Source: Parasitella parasitica NRRL 2501 (lineage: Eukaryota; Fungi; Mucoromycota). Taken from it: DNA of 64,000 nt. This document shows positions 37,218 through 50,303 of this stretch, piece by piece. A program made the translations under genes and the position numbers. The notes under the pieces were generated by a model, which worked only from the letters and a program-made list of their open reading frames with translations, did no database searches and was not told where the DNA came from. Every line of letters starts with the position of its first letter. Within the stretch, counting starts at the first letter, position 1. The stretch is taken from the NCBI GenBank assembly GCA_025201805.1, contig MU619238.1, positions 137,970-201,969 on the forward strand. Reading direction: 5' to 3'.

Positions 37218-38300
37218 ATGACTACTGAAACATTGTTCCCGCTAGAGGTGATAGAAATCATCCTTAGCTTTGTTGATACCGCAGAAGAACTAGGAAAATT
37301 GAGTCTTGTCTGTAAAAACTGGAAACCTATTGCAATGAATATAATGCATACCAAGATGATTTCAGTTAAATCAGAACTTGGCGCTCTAAAGTTGTATGAA
37401 CATCTATCTCAATATCCTGAAAAAATCGCAGCAATAACACACCTGGATTTTCATTTTGATTCGGAGGACTTGCCCGTCATTATTGAGCAAATATTGAGAT
37501 TGGCCTTAACACCCAACATCTACAAGTTAACTGGCGCTGTAAAATCAGACAAATTCTTCACCACACTGTTCAAAATCATGGATGATAAGTTATTAGAATT
37601 TGATAATTTGGTCATTTTACCCTACTTTACTGGGAAGAATAATGCTATATTGCTTGCACAAGTATTGAGATTCAAAGACAAGCATGAGAGTCTAGCTCTT
37701 GTAGTCAATGAAAGGAAAACCCGCTCTGAACTCTTTCGTCAGCTCCTCAGTCAGCTTGACAAGTTTAAAAAGTTGAACTATCTGAAGCTCACTGGTTTTG
37801 CTTGTGGACTCGAAGACACAGAATTCGTTTTGAGGCGCACTTTTCGCTTGAAGGGAACACTTGAAATCCAAAACTTTGAATTTAACCAAGATAACGCTAT
37901 GACATCGATGACAACAGAGCAAGTTGAGTTCTGGGCAACTCAAAATGTCAGAAAATTAGGAATATTGAAGACGCTTATAATTGAAACAGATTGCCGTCCT
38001 GAATATATCGAATACTTGCTATACAAATACCCAAAAGTTGAGCACATTAAGATCCGCGGTAAACTGCTGTGTCCTCATCTAGACAAAATATCTATAAACA
38101 AGGCTTTGCAACGTATCGTCGAAGCTGTTAAGAATGTGCCATGCAAGCAAATAGATCTGGTTATTCCTACTCTCCATGACATTTCGTCATTCAGTGTGCC
38201 AAAGCTCAAAAATAACAAAGAAACACTTGGTTTTTGTGTGGACCAATATCAAAACGAAAGAAATTTGTTTTTAACGTATAAATCGCATGAAAAGATCTAG
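37218..38300 (+). CDS. F-box protein, intronless (paralogue B)
   Basis: FPLEVIEIILSF...LSLVCKNW. Shares MNIMHTK.ISVKSELGALKLY.HLS.YPEKI, YLKLTGFA and DCRPE with 31700-32791. Confidence 0.85.
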   Translation: MTTETLFPLEVIEIILSFVDTAEELGKLSLVCKNWKPIAMNIMHTKMISVKSELGALKLYEHLSQYPEKIAAITHLDFHFDSEDLPVIIEQILRLALTPNIYKLTGAVKSDKFFTTLFKIMDDKLLEFDNLVILPYFTGKNNAILLAQVLRFKDKHESLALVVNERKTRSELFRQLLSQLDKFKKLNYLKLTGFACGLEDTEFVLRRTFRLKGTLEIQNFEFNQDNAMTSMTTEQVEFWATQNVRKLGILKTLIIETDCRPEYIEYLLYKYPKVEHIKIRGKLLCPHLDKISINKALQRIVEAVKNVPCKQIDLVIPTLHDISSFSVPKLKNNKETLGFCVDQYQNERNLFLTYKSHEKI

Positions 38301-38659
38301 CTACTCGTCCAAACTAATATACATGTTTTATGCCCTATACCATTATATAACTATTCATTAATTTTAATCTATGCAATATGATCAGTCTCAATTTTTTATA
38401 TGCTTACCTATTTATCTTACAAATAAAGCACTTTTTAATATATCCTGCATAAATTATCGGTATAAAAACCTGAAATGATGCAAATAACAATAACTTTAAT
38501 TGTATTTTGTATATGTAAGAATAGAAATGTATATTGAAAGAGTATAAGATATTTTACAGGTCCATTTGCAAAAGCAAAACATAAAAAAAAAATCGAGACA
38601 TTGGTATAGATATATGAGAAAGAAGATGAGGCGGGAGAGCGAGATTTTTAAATAATACA

Positions 38660-40960
38660 TTAGATCGAACCCTCAAGTTCCAAGCTACCTTTGCTATGCA
38701 ACATGTTTTTCAATGCACGTATAGCAAAAACGGTGAGCCCAATGCTGGACCAATCTTCATCTAATAGCTCTCTCAAATCGCCAACTGTCATGATATCTTG
38801 GTTCTTCAACTTGCGAATCCATTCCTCTGCTTTTGCCGGTTCACGATTAGTTGCTTTAGCTGTGTCGTATACAAAAATGTCAACATTTGTGTCATCAAAG
38901 TACTCTATGTGCGGATGCTTTAGTCACTGCTTGTTTCCCTAATGATTGTGGGTCTATCATACAAACCTTTTGTGGCCACTTTATTCATATGCAATACAAA
39001 CTGCGGATGATCATCACTATACGAGCCCTCGCTCTCATCGGAGAATGCCATTTCTTCATTGTTGGCTTGAAATTTGGCTGCAGTTGCTTTCTCAAGGTCC
39101 AGTAAGGCCTGTTTCTCCTTTTCCTCGGCAATGACAGCTTGTTGCTTTAAATATTCGCACTTTTTCTCTTGATCAGCTACTTTATCCATTAAGGTAGTAA
39201 GCTCTAGCTTTGATTTTTCAAGCTCTGATCGGATATCATTCTCACGTCTCCACACAGCTTGATTCTTGAGCTTTTCGTTATCTGATTCTTCCTCTTTCTC
39301 AATGTCCCGTAAAATGCGATTGATTTCATTTGTGATCCACTGCTGATACCGCTCTGGCAAAACTTGTTCCTCAATCTATTCAAAACATTTGTATATTTGT
39401 GAAAACCATGAATTGAGTTGGCTATTTTTTTTTTTTTTTTTTTTTACTCACCATTTCAGCTACAACTTCTTCCGCAGTGTCTTCTTGCTATTGAAACAAT
39501 TACATAAGCAAGGTGATAAAAAATTGGGCAGCATGTGCTGTGTACTCACAGTATTAAACTCGAATTTGACAGATAATTTATCAGAGCCCTTGAATACAAC
39601 TTGGAGAGTGACGATGGTATGAGACGGGTCGTTTTCCAGTATGACCACATCAGGTTCTACGGCTAAAAATGAGCATTCAAGCAGCTCTTGAGCAGATAAC
39701 CTTCAGGATTGCACGTGGCATTAGTATGAGATGCTGTCTGCACACACACGCACACACGCACACACGCACACACGCACACACACACACATATACATAAATA
39801 CATTACCTTTCGTTTTCGTTGGTAGATAGGCAGCTATTAATAACTTCCAGTACTTGTTGGTTTTGGATTTTAGCCAAAGATTCTGGTTTTATGTGCTTTG
39901 TTTTATCCAAAAAAAAAACCTGGTTAGGGAGATGTCTATTTTTATACCATCGATTACTACAGATGCATTACCTGACACACTTTCTTGTATATTTGCGCTG
40001 TATTTGTGCATTCTGCATATGGGTATTCGCCGGTTGTCATTTCGATTAAACACATGCCAAAGGCATAAAGATCTACCTTTTCATTGTAGCCTTCTTCTTC
40101 ATACATTTCAGGCGCCATGAATTCTGGAGTGCCGATGAGAGTGTACTTTTTGTCACCGAGCCACATGTTCTCAGCAGTGCCCAAGTCGCCGATTTTTATT
40201 TCGCCATGTGCACCGTTAATGAAAATGTTGTCGCATTTGATGTCTCTATGAATGATGGGTGGATTGTGACCATGGAGATAAGCTAAACCTTTCAGTATTT
40301 GGCGACTCCAACGTTTCACAATTTTCGGATTGGGCAAGCTTAGTTTTCGAATGTACTCTCGCAGAGTGCCTGAAGTCATCAGCTCGGTGACAAAGATGAA
40401 TTCAGTGCGATTCTCACTAAGCCATGCATCATGAAACGCAATGATATTAGGATGGCGCACTGATTTTAAAATGTCGATCTCATGCCTGACGTCCTTATTA
40501 TTGTCATGTCCAATCTAAAACGAACGATATGAGGAAATGCTATAGGCACATGCGTGCTAGTCATACTTACGTGCAGCACATTCCAGGCTACTTCGTATCC
40601 TTCCTCACGGTCTATGGCTTTGTGGACTACTTTGAAGGCGCCTTTTCCAAGTAGAGTGTTTAGTCTGCAGTATCTCTTATTGGGTGCCCATTCTAGCACA
40701 TGTTCTGCTTGATTTGTATTAGATCTATCAATCAGATCCTGACTAGAAGTGTGGCTGGGCATTGATGCTGCAATAGCAGTGTCTCCGGTGTTGTCTGTGG
40801 TATAAGATGCATCTATCTGTGATAGCTTGTAGTTTATATGATCCGCAATTGTCGCAGTAGAGGTTTTTATGGGATCTTTGTTCTCCATCAAAAATGGCGG
40901 ACGATATGTATCCATGGTGGCTGCCGCATGGCTATCAAAAGCAGGTTCTGCTTCTGTCAT
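38660..40960 (-). CDS. WNK-family Ser/Thr kinase with coiled coil and SAM-like C-terminal domain, multi-exon
   Basis: ATG at 40960 (MTEAEPAF). LGKGAFKVV with Lys in subdomain I, VAWN lacking the usual subdomain-II Lys, IIHRDIKCDNIFING, KIGDLG, IGTPEFMAPEMYEE. Intron 38905-38966 leads to last exon ...WIRKLKNQDIMTVGDLRELLDEDWSSIGL...*. Confidence 0.9.
39741..39788. repeat. Intronic (CA)n / CACACACG microsatellite
   Basis: CACACACACGCACACACG... inside a WNK intron. Confidence 0.9.
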
Positions 40961-43900
40961 TATAAGTTTGTGTATTTTGTTTGCTATAAAACGAAAAAGA
41001 AAAGAGGAAAAAACCAAAAGAACCCTACTGAGCAATTAATACATGTTGATTTATATGGGCGTTTCCGGAGTGAGAATACCATGAGAAAAAGTAAAGTGTC
41101 TGATAATAGCGGTATGCATTTGTTCCAAAAGCAAAAAATGATGAAATGGCACAAGAGTCATGCGTCTGGGCTGCTTAACTTTTCTCTTTCGTGTGTCATG
41201 GTGATACGGATTTCATTCAGGACTAGCTCAAACACAGAAATTTTCAAGGGGTAGAATGTACAGAAAATAGCTAAACTTTAGAATCTTGTCACTGTAAGTA
41301 TAAAAAGTGAGCAATGACATGTAAAGCGACTCTGGTGTTTCATCTTATGTGCGTAGACTATATTTTGTATACGCATCAAGTGAACTTGTTGATATAATTG
41401 CAATGTATGTAGTCACCACTTTATTAAGTCATGGTTGATATGCATGCTTTATAATATTCCTTTGAAGCGAATCGTTCAATAACAAACAGACATTCAAACT
41501 AGCAGTAGCTCGGTGCTCAAAATATAGACCAAGGTCCTGCAACTATGCTCCTAAAAGATACACTAGCTATGGGTTATATTTGCATAGTTCTAACGAAGTT
41601 TGTCTGTTCAAGTGAGTTTTCGTTACTAATTTTGGAATAGAAAATTCAAGTACACTCAAACACCTGAAAAAGTCTTCAGATAGTGTAGTTTGCACGTCTA
41701 CGTTAGGGCACTCTTGAATACTAATTGATGCGGCGCTCAGTTTGCTAAGAATAACAACAAATATCTCATTATGACAATTCAGGGCGTGATCCCATTTCTG
41801 TTAAGCTGGTTCGAATTTCCTTGTAATTTAGTACGGCTGCAAGATCACGATTCCACAACCTTGGCTTTGATTGCCCTAAGAAGTCAGAGTTTGTGCATCT
41901 GATAGTTCAGTAATCATAGAATCTCATAGCTAATGTCTAGTCCTATCATTCTTTTTACCGTTGTAATTCATGACAAAATATAGTAGACCTAGTCTTTCTC
42001 TTGAAGGGTCATGGATACAAAATATAATATTTTATCAAGTACCAACTAGAATTATTCAAGTGTAAAATATTTAGAGAAATCAATAGAAAACTTACCGAAT
42101 TGTCAGAGATGATACCTAGTTAGATATAAACATGAAAATAGAATGTGCACCTATTTCATTCATATATTCAGTCATTCATACCACTCAACAGTACTGTCTT
42201 GAAAGCTCTCCAACTTACTCTCACATAAAGCACAACGTTTTTTTTTTTAAGCATTTGGATCAAACACTTGTTTCTTGTTGGCTCTTGATATTTTGTGTTG
42301 GGAGCAAACCATTTACCAAGCACAAGAACATGGCCAGAGCCAAATTTATGATTGAGTTATTTCACCAGCCCAAAATCCTCTTGATCATGGCACATTTTGG
42401 AAGAGAAGTTTATTTAGCGAAATGGCAAAACTTGTAGCTTTTGTAATATTTAGCTCGCCTGCTGCTTTAAACTGCTTTGATCGCTATTTACCTTGCGTTT
42501 GAAAAACAAATTAGATTTGTATTTTGGGCATATGTTCATTGCAAGGATCAGGGGGGCATTTCCCTCAGCCCAACCAATCTACTGATACTGATATCTAAGC
42601 TTCTTACCTGGAGCTGAAGATTAATCAGAGACATACATCAGAACATTTTGATGATGATGAAAAGGTAAATTTTCTTGACAGAAGATAACCTGATCTTTGC
42701 GAGCTATGCTTCTGATGACTGGACCGAGGCAGGCTTGGTCCTCTTCCGTTGAATTCTGTAATGCCTTGAAAGCTTTGTTCTTGTCATCTTTTTGTAAGCA
42801 ATGATCTGCTTATCCTGCGCAATGCTTGTCTCTTTTATACAGTAAGAAAGAGTTACTCTTAATTTCATTTAACTCTTCCGGAGCCAGACTTTTCATGTAT
42901 CTCACAACGTCGTCAGAAACTACACGCTTTGTCTTGGGTTGTTGGGGGTAGCAGCAGATTTTGGAAAGAGGAGAATTATCACTAGATTCATGTATGGTGG
43001 CAGTAGTAGAAGTAGAGCTACTAGCCTTCTTTTTGCTTTTGTTCATTCATTTTCAAGGACTATTTACAGGCGTAGATCCCCTACCTATATTGCTTTCGTA
43101 TTGAGACAACTATTTTCTAGATGAGCTATTCTGCTTATATGGTACACACTTTTCCTTTTTTTAATTATACTGCTGAAAATCATCATCATTCGATTTCTAT
43201 TCTTATTATATTATGATATTCGTCTATAATGCCATGATTTTTGTAGACAGTATTATAAGTTATAATAAGAGTCGATCAACTGCTAATATATCTTACTGTA
43301 CACTTATGTCTTTTTGGGCGGTTACTCCTACTTTCGTTGTGGAGAAGTAGTTGCTTGCTTATTCTTCCTTTTCTACATGTAAGCTCCTTTTTAAAAGTTA
43401 TGGAGGAAGAAGCTCTCCCGATACCCTGTTGTGCTAATCAAAGAAAGATAGGCAAAATAATTTACAGGCGAGCTGGTGAACCTCGAAGATGGAGCCTATC
43501 TTTTTTAGCTTTGGGGAATAAAATGGGCTCTACACAGTTACATAAGTAACACTTTTGCTGACACCGCTGAAGTGGTTCCTGCTGATAACTTTCTAGATTT
43601 CAATACAAACATTGTTGTTCCAAACGTGTTTGCCAGATAGTGAGTCAAGTCAGCACTTTGTTTTCTAACTTAGATCTCGGTTTTACGGTCGTTATAGCAG
43701 TGTAGTTTTTGTAATTCAAATAGGATACGTGAAAGATTGCCAGTAGTTCACAGCAGATTGTATAAATACCCTGTATATTCATATATCATAAACCATATAT
43801 ACTTCTCTTTTATTGTTCGGATACAGAAGTTGAAAACTGTGAATTATTACAAATCTCTTTTTTATTATTGTATTGAAATATTTAAATTATACATCAGGGG

Positions 43901-44140
43901 ATGTGGTGTCTAAAAAATTTATCTGTAAAAATAGTTTTCTTTTTCATTATAATTTATCATCAATATCAGATGTTTGCTCATAATTACCTCTGCTTAAATG
44001 ATCGCAAAACTGATCTCAAACTTGGAAAACTTTGCATTGACTTGGCGCTATCTGGCAACAACATTGGTATCCATGTTTTTATCAATATCTATAGAGTTAC
44101 CAAATGATATCACAAATTTGCATATCGGAATTGCAGATAA

Positions 44141-44335
44141 TCAATGATAGGCTTCGATAAAGAACATAATAAACACTGTCTTATGCGCCATCAGATCAGA
44201 CATAAAAATCGCTACTTGTCTGAGCATAACTTGATTTCCTTTGGGCGATGTGTCACCATCAAAAGTTATGGGTTCAACTCCGTCCTCATCAACAACATGT
44301 CCTTGTCCATCTTTATAAAAAAATTGCATATCCAT
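44141..44335 (-). pseudogene. Possible transposase-associated N-terminal relic
   Basis: MDMQFFYKDGQGHVVDEDGVEP resembles, from memory, the N-terminus of Mucorales HTH/Tc1-like transposase proteins. The frame degenerates afterwards. Confidence 0.35.
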
Positions 44336-44638
44336 TCTGAATGACTGTAAAACAAAATTATACAGTGGATAGAAAACATAATAATTTATATATATATATA
44401 ATTTTTTTTTTTTTTTTTTGTGTATAAAGGAACTGAAAATATCATATGTAAGAAGCTTCTGTAAGTAGGGAAAAAAAAAACGAAGAGAGGGGATAGTGCT
44501 ACATGTACAATCTTTTTACTGTACAGGTTTATAATATAAAAATAAAAAAGGGAGCGTGATTATCTTATGTATAAAGGTGGTTGTTTTCCTCTTTTTTTTT
44601 TGTGCATCGAGTATTTTATATACAAATCCATTTGCTTT

Positions 44639-46167
44639 CTAATTTAATCTTCCTTCTACAACATCGTCTGAAGTAATGTTGTAGTGAGTCTCTCCAGATT
44701 GAGTCTCGGAATGATTTTCCAAGTAATGTTCTGCGCCTAGCTCCAATTGTCCGTTGTTAATCAGCGGCAATAACTTTTCGACTTCTGTCGATCATTGTTA
44801 AAGATCAATTATATTGCAAAAGCTGCTAGACTTACTTTGGATTAGATGCTTTCCATAGGTATACTTTTTCAATGATTGCAAATGAGGTCTGATCTTGTTT
44901 ACTAGCAATTCCCGTTGATCATCGTCCACAACATCCAACATCTTTTGTATAACATAGTTTGCGTATTGATCCTTCATCATGGTAACAAGAGGCAAAGTCC
45001 TTGTTTGGTGCGTGCGCAAGTCAGTACGATAACAGGTCATATATCTTTCCCCCCCCTCCACTTACCCGTCAGATCTAGGTTGAAGCACTTCTTCAATCAA
45101 CAATTGACGATCACGCTTTGACCCATAATCAACACATTTTTCAACAACATTGCTGGCAAATTTATGCTTACTAAGTTGAAGCACTTGCCCGCGGATTCTG
45201 TCAATGACAAGAGACTTGTCTGCAGCTCTTCCCCGCTCCAAAATGTGCTGAATGACATAGTTGCCGTACTGATCTTGTACTAGTTGACCAGTACATCTAT
45301 GAAGCTCATCGAGCAAAGGGCCCTAGCATAATTGTTAGTGCCTTGCCAGTCCTCCTGAAGATGGGATTTCATGCTTACTATTCTTACCGTTTGGTCTTCG
45401 GTACAATGTTCAAACATGCGTTGAATGACACGACAGCCATACGGATGGGTGGCCAGATTGTACACTTGACCATGGAAAGCGTCGATAATGAATTGGATGT
45501 GTGGAGCCAGGACCCGCTCTATGGCCTTTTGAATGACGTGGTTACCATTTTGATCTTTGATGCACTTGAGCACACAACCATCCAGTTCTTTGATGAGTCT
45601 CGCTTGCTGTTCTGTCAAGACGTGTTCCAAAGCCTTTTGTACAACGCGGCAGCCGTACATCTGCAGCGACAAGGACAAGACATGTCCTTCCATCTGCTTG
45701 GCCAAGATGGTCTTTTGCATCTGATTGCCATGTTCAAAAAACTTTTGCAGCACATAGTTGCCAAAGACATCCGTCATCAACTGCAAGGCATTAGGCAGGA
45801 CTTCTTCAAACACCATCTGTTTTTCATCGCTGTTGGCCGTTTCTAGTTTCTGCTGAATGAAACGAGATCCGTGTTGATCACCACTGAACTCGACAATATG
45901 ACCCTCTATATCCTTGAGCTCATACTTTTTGTTCTTGGAGTTTCTAAATTCCTCCAACAAGGGACTACGCATGTTCATGGCCATATCTTGGCTGGATGAA
46001 GACGACTGTTGCTGCTGCTGTTGCTGGTGCTGGTGCTGGTGCTGGTGCTGGTGCTGTTGCTGTTGCTGGTGCGCATGATTGTGGTGGTGCATCTGGCGTC
46101 CATCGATATCATGGTGATGATTGCCTCTAGATCTAGAATGCATATGAGGATTATTGTGGCCAAAGCC

Positions 46168-46206
<39 letters not shown>

Positions 46207-47852
46207 TTGAATTTGTTGTTGCAGCAGCAGTTGCTGTCTAGCAGCCAAAAGTTGCTGCTGTTGTTGCTGAATAAGCAATTGTTGTTGCTGCATTTGTAAA
46301 GAACGCAGTTTCTTGTCCGTGGCTGCTGGAAGTGTATTTTCTGGAAAGCCAGTAGTATCCATGCCAGCAGGTGCTGTCAACGGACCTGTTAGACTAGGCC
46401 CCAATGCTGCCGCTGCCAAAAATAGTTTGGTCAATCTCCCCACATCACGCAGTTACCATGCAATTTACCTTGTTGCTGCTGCTGCTGCTGCCTGCGATAC
46501 GCTACATCCCCTTGGCTCCAGCGTCCATACATGGCATCATTACCCAATAAGCCTTCTGAGCCATCCAAGCCGCCTGAAAAATCCAAGGCTGGGCTGTAAG
46601 GTTGTTGTGAGTGGTGATGAAGCTGAGCATTGCTGTAGTAAGGGCTCCCAGCGCCGCCGTAAGGACTGGCTTGACCTTGATACTGTTGCTGAAATCTGGG
46701 GGAACTTTGCTGTAGCAATTGCTGCTGCTGCTGCTGCAATTGCTGCAGATAGTTGGGGTTTGAGAGCATGTTATACTCGTCCTACATACTTTATCTTTAG
46801 GAATTGGATTGTACATGAATATGGGATACTTACATCTTCGTTTAAACCAAAATTACCAAAAGAGTTCATCATCATTTCAGTTTGACGGTCCATTTCGTTG
46901 TATCTTCCCGGAGGTGTGGAATTTGGACGAGTAGGTGTGGTATCAGCAAACTTGTTGCGCAAAGAAGGTGAAACTAGGCTGTTTGGTTCTTCAGGCTGAC
47001 GTCCCATTACCATGTCATCATACTCGAGGGCACTCAGTTGATCCCTATATTGCTTTTGTATTGCATCCAAATCACTTGTAGGGTCCTCAAAAGTGAATCC
47101 AGCAGCTGCGTGGCGTTGTCTGGCTTGTTGTTGAAGAGCAAATAGCGGCGAGGGCGTACGGGGAAAGTCCTATTTACCCACATGTTAAAAAAAAAACAAT
47201 TCAAAAAACAAGGATTACCCAGCCATCAACCACACATCTCCGTTACCTGTTGGATCAAATCAACGAGATTTCTCTGACGACGATTGAACAATGTATCTTC
47301 CTGCTGCTTTGTAGGCGTTTGTCTGCCGGTATAAGCGCTGAATCCATTATTGCTGAGCCTGGGATCCTGTTGGATATAATCTAAATTAAGCACGCACGCG
47401 TATCGGTTAATATTTCATGAGACTTGGAAATCAGGCGCTTTACCTTCTTCGCTATTCTGCCACAGCTGCCACGGTTGGCTGCTTGCATCTTGCGGATACT
47501 TTAACTGCTCAGGATCCGAGGCATCGTTATTAGCACGACGAGAGGTCAGCAATTGGGTGGGAGGAGCACTGTTTGAGCGAAAGTCATCCGGAAATAAGGA
47601 TGAGCTATTGCTGCTGCCACCTTGCGACACAAAAAGATCATCATAGTCTAGCTTCCCATGCAGTAAGGCAGCAAGCTATTGGGTTCAAAAAGACGCTTTC
47701 AGTGACCTCTAGCACCGTTTCGAAGCGAAAAAGAAAAAGAAAAAGAAAAAAAACACACACACACATACCTGACCCTGAGGCTGATTCTTTGCCTTTGGTT
47801 GATGTAAATCAGACTTTGGAAGACTAGGAGACGCTTGTCTACGTGGCAACAT
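44639..47852 (-). CDS. PUF3: Pumilio-family RNA-binding protein (Puf3/PUM-like), multi-exon
   Basis: ATG at 47852 (MLPRRQAS). Eight Puf repeats ([72 protein letters not shown]), [14 protein letters not shown]|DFPRTPSP motif, polyQ and (QH)n tracts. Stop at 44639-44641. Confidence 0.92.
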
Positions 47853-48052
47853 GTTTTATTGAAAGACAGAGCCAAGTTTTTTCTTTTCTATTCTCTCTTC
47901 CCTTGCAAAAATATTTGATAGGCAAGTTGAAAAAAAAACTCTTTTTTCTCTTTCAAACAGAAATGGTTGTAGTGTAAATTTTATTTTAGTTTTTTAAAGT
48001 CCACAAAGATCTCTATCAAGTCCACTTTCGTATGATGCGGTTGATGATGGAA

Positions 48053-49011
48053 TTAGGAACTGCTATTACTACTGGTTCGCTTCTGTAGCGCTTGTAGCAT
48101 CTGGTCTCTCCTTTGCTCTGGCGAAAGCGCATTGAGTTCCTCGACTGACAGATCTTCAAACGTCTTTTCCTGCTCTTCTATTGGCACCGGGAGCGATGCC
48201 GGTGATGATGATGATGACGATGATAATGATGTACTGGATCCCTCCTGTTGCTTTCTCTGCTGCTGCTGCTCCATTAATTTCCTTTTGTTTCAAGTTAGCT
48301 ACTCGCTGTCTTTTCGCAGTAATCACGAATCTTACTTTCTAGCTTGAAGAACCATGAATTCTTTACGCTTCCTCAACATCTCTTGTCTCTTGTCGGGGCT
48401 TACCTCCCAGACCTTGGGGGGCTCCTGATCCGTATCTTGTTGAACATCAATTTTGTATCTCTGGACTAAATTAGAATGGCTGGGTGATTTACGACTGCTC
48501 GACGAACTTTGCGAATTGGCTGCATTTGAGTTTGGTGATCCTTGCTGTGAAGCAGTTGGAGGCGGCTGTTTCAATGTGAACATCCCGTTCATCAACGCTC
48601 ATATTCAACTTACCAAAGGAAGGCCACCTTCGCGGAGTGCATTGTCCACCGTCGTTTCGACAGACCCTGTTCTTTGAAGGTCGGCCTGAATGGCAGCAGT
48701 AGGGATATCGGGAAACATGGCACGTACCATCTCAATCTAAAATGGACAACACAATCAGCTCATAATTGATCACTTGGGCCTGGATCTATATTATTATACC
48801 ATCTGAGGAGTAACACGATGTGCCATTCGTCTTGCTCCTGTTGCTGTTGCGGTGCGTCTTTGGCCTTGTTGATTACTCTGGTTTCCACCTACCGAAAAAA
48901 GAAAATTTAGTTTTAACCAACAGCAAAAGCTACTCGCACTGTACCAAGCATCCAACGAAGAACTATCAGAATCAGAAATACTGCTACCAGTATAGATACG
49001 CTGTCGTTCAT
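48053..49011 (-). CDS. CUE-domain ER membrane protein (Cue1/Cue4-like), 5 exons
   Basis: ATG at 49011 with TM MNDSVSILVAVFLILIVLRWML. CUE domain VTPQM|IEMVRAMFPDIPTAAIQADLQRTGSVETT, then NLVQRY and RQEMLRKRKEFMVLQARK (Ubc7-binding-like). Confidence 0.87.
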
Positions 49012-50290
49012 TTATAAAGGGGGAAGAATCTAATTACAAGAAAGAAAAAGAAAGTCTTCCCCCCCCCACCAACAGATGGACGATAGAAGATGGGAAATCA
49101 AGTCCGCAAGAAAGTCTCAAGATGGACGTTATTGGCATCTTTTTCAAGAATCCTGCAACAGTTACAAGGGAAAATTTTAGCTGTTGGGCTATCCCTGATA
49201 AGGTGAAGACGTTGTTGAAAGTATGCCTTTATACAAAATGAGAGTAAAAGGCTCGCGTTGGCAAAAAAAAAAAACCCCTTCAAACCAACGTAAACATAAG
49301 CCAAATGATGGTGTTGTCAACAACATAAACGCCTGCAGCCAATTTTTTTTACATATAAAAATCATATATTAATACATGCTTTTCTTTTCCTTTTTTCGAA
49401 TAAAAAGTGAAAAAGAGGTCTCTACCAAATCTGAATAGTTATCGACGCATCCTGTTGGAAGAATCCAATAGACGTCTTTTACTTGCAAATCTTTTCCGGC
49501 TGTAAAAAAGTCAAGTATATTATTGACAAAGTAAATCAAGCTTCTTTCGGGTACTTTTATTCAACTAGTTAGTTGCATTGCATAAAAGACATTTGTGAAA
49601 AGGATATGAACGGGGCACAGCAATCAGCACAGCAATAAGGCGTCTATTGGTTCCTTCTCCCGGATATTTACCCTGATAAATCTCTTGCATTCTGGTACAG
49701 TATGCGTCAAAATAATTATTCGAACCCGGTAGAGCCTGGGTGTCAAGCATTAGGATCTATTCGGACGAAAATGGGCTTTTGCTGGTTTTATTATGACTCT
49801 TTTATCCTAAACTTGAGGCTTCCCAACCAGCCAATATTCTTTCCTTCCGTCATTCCTAGAACGGACAACATCACCAACATTGCATACTAACTCTATTTTT
49901 GTCCCCCGTCTTATGCCGATGTTTCTAAAAGATTAGGCGCAGCGTAAGCTGTTTTATATGAATTTGGCCCCAGTTTGCTGCCTTCGTTATACACCACATT
50001 TTCTTTCCAACATCATTTTCAAGCCAAGCAATTATGATCAACACCCTGAATCAAGAAAAGCTGGCCCTCATGTAACCTAAATTTGCCCAATCGGTTTGTG
50101 CGTGAGTTGATTTGCTCCTATTCTTTAACGACTCTTTTTTAAGGACAAAATCAATATGAAAATAGATATCGAGTAGAATAATTGACAGTTTACGAGAATC
50201 CAAGTTGATCAAGTTGATCTTCTTGAGATTTATGTAAAAATGGCATGCAAAAAAAAACCAAAATACCTGACATAATACATATTGGTGTAC

Positions 50291-50303
50291 CGGTACATTT
50301 CGG
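50291..50303 (+). promoter_or_regulatory. CGG-N7-CGG motif (alternative-oxidase induction motif-like) upstream of AOX
   Basis: CGG TACATTT CGG at 50291-50303, TATATAA at 50346-50352, ATG at 50414. Confidence 0.55.

Noticed and set aside
4417-49011. U12-type or GC-AG introns
   Set aside because: All donors I could reconstruct are ordinary GT (GTAAGT, GTATGT, GTAATT and similar) with no RTATCCTT donor. An apparent GC donor near 5316 is explained by a GT donor upstream.
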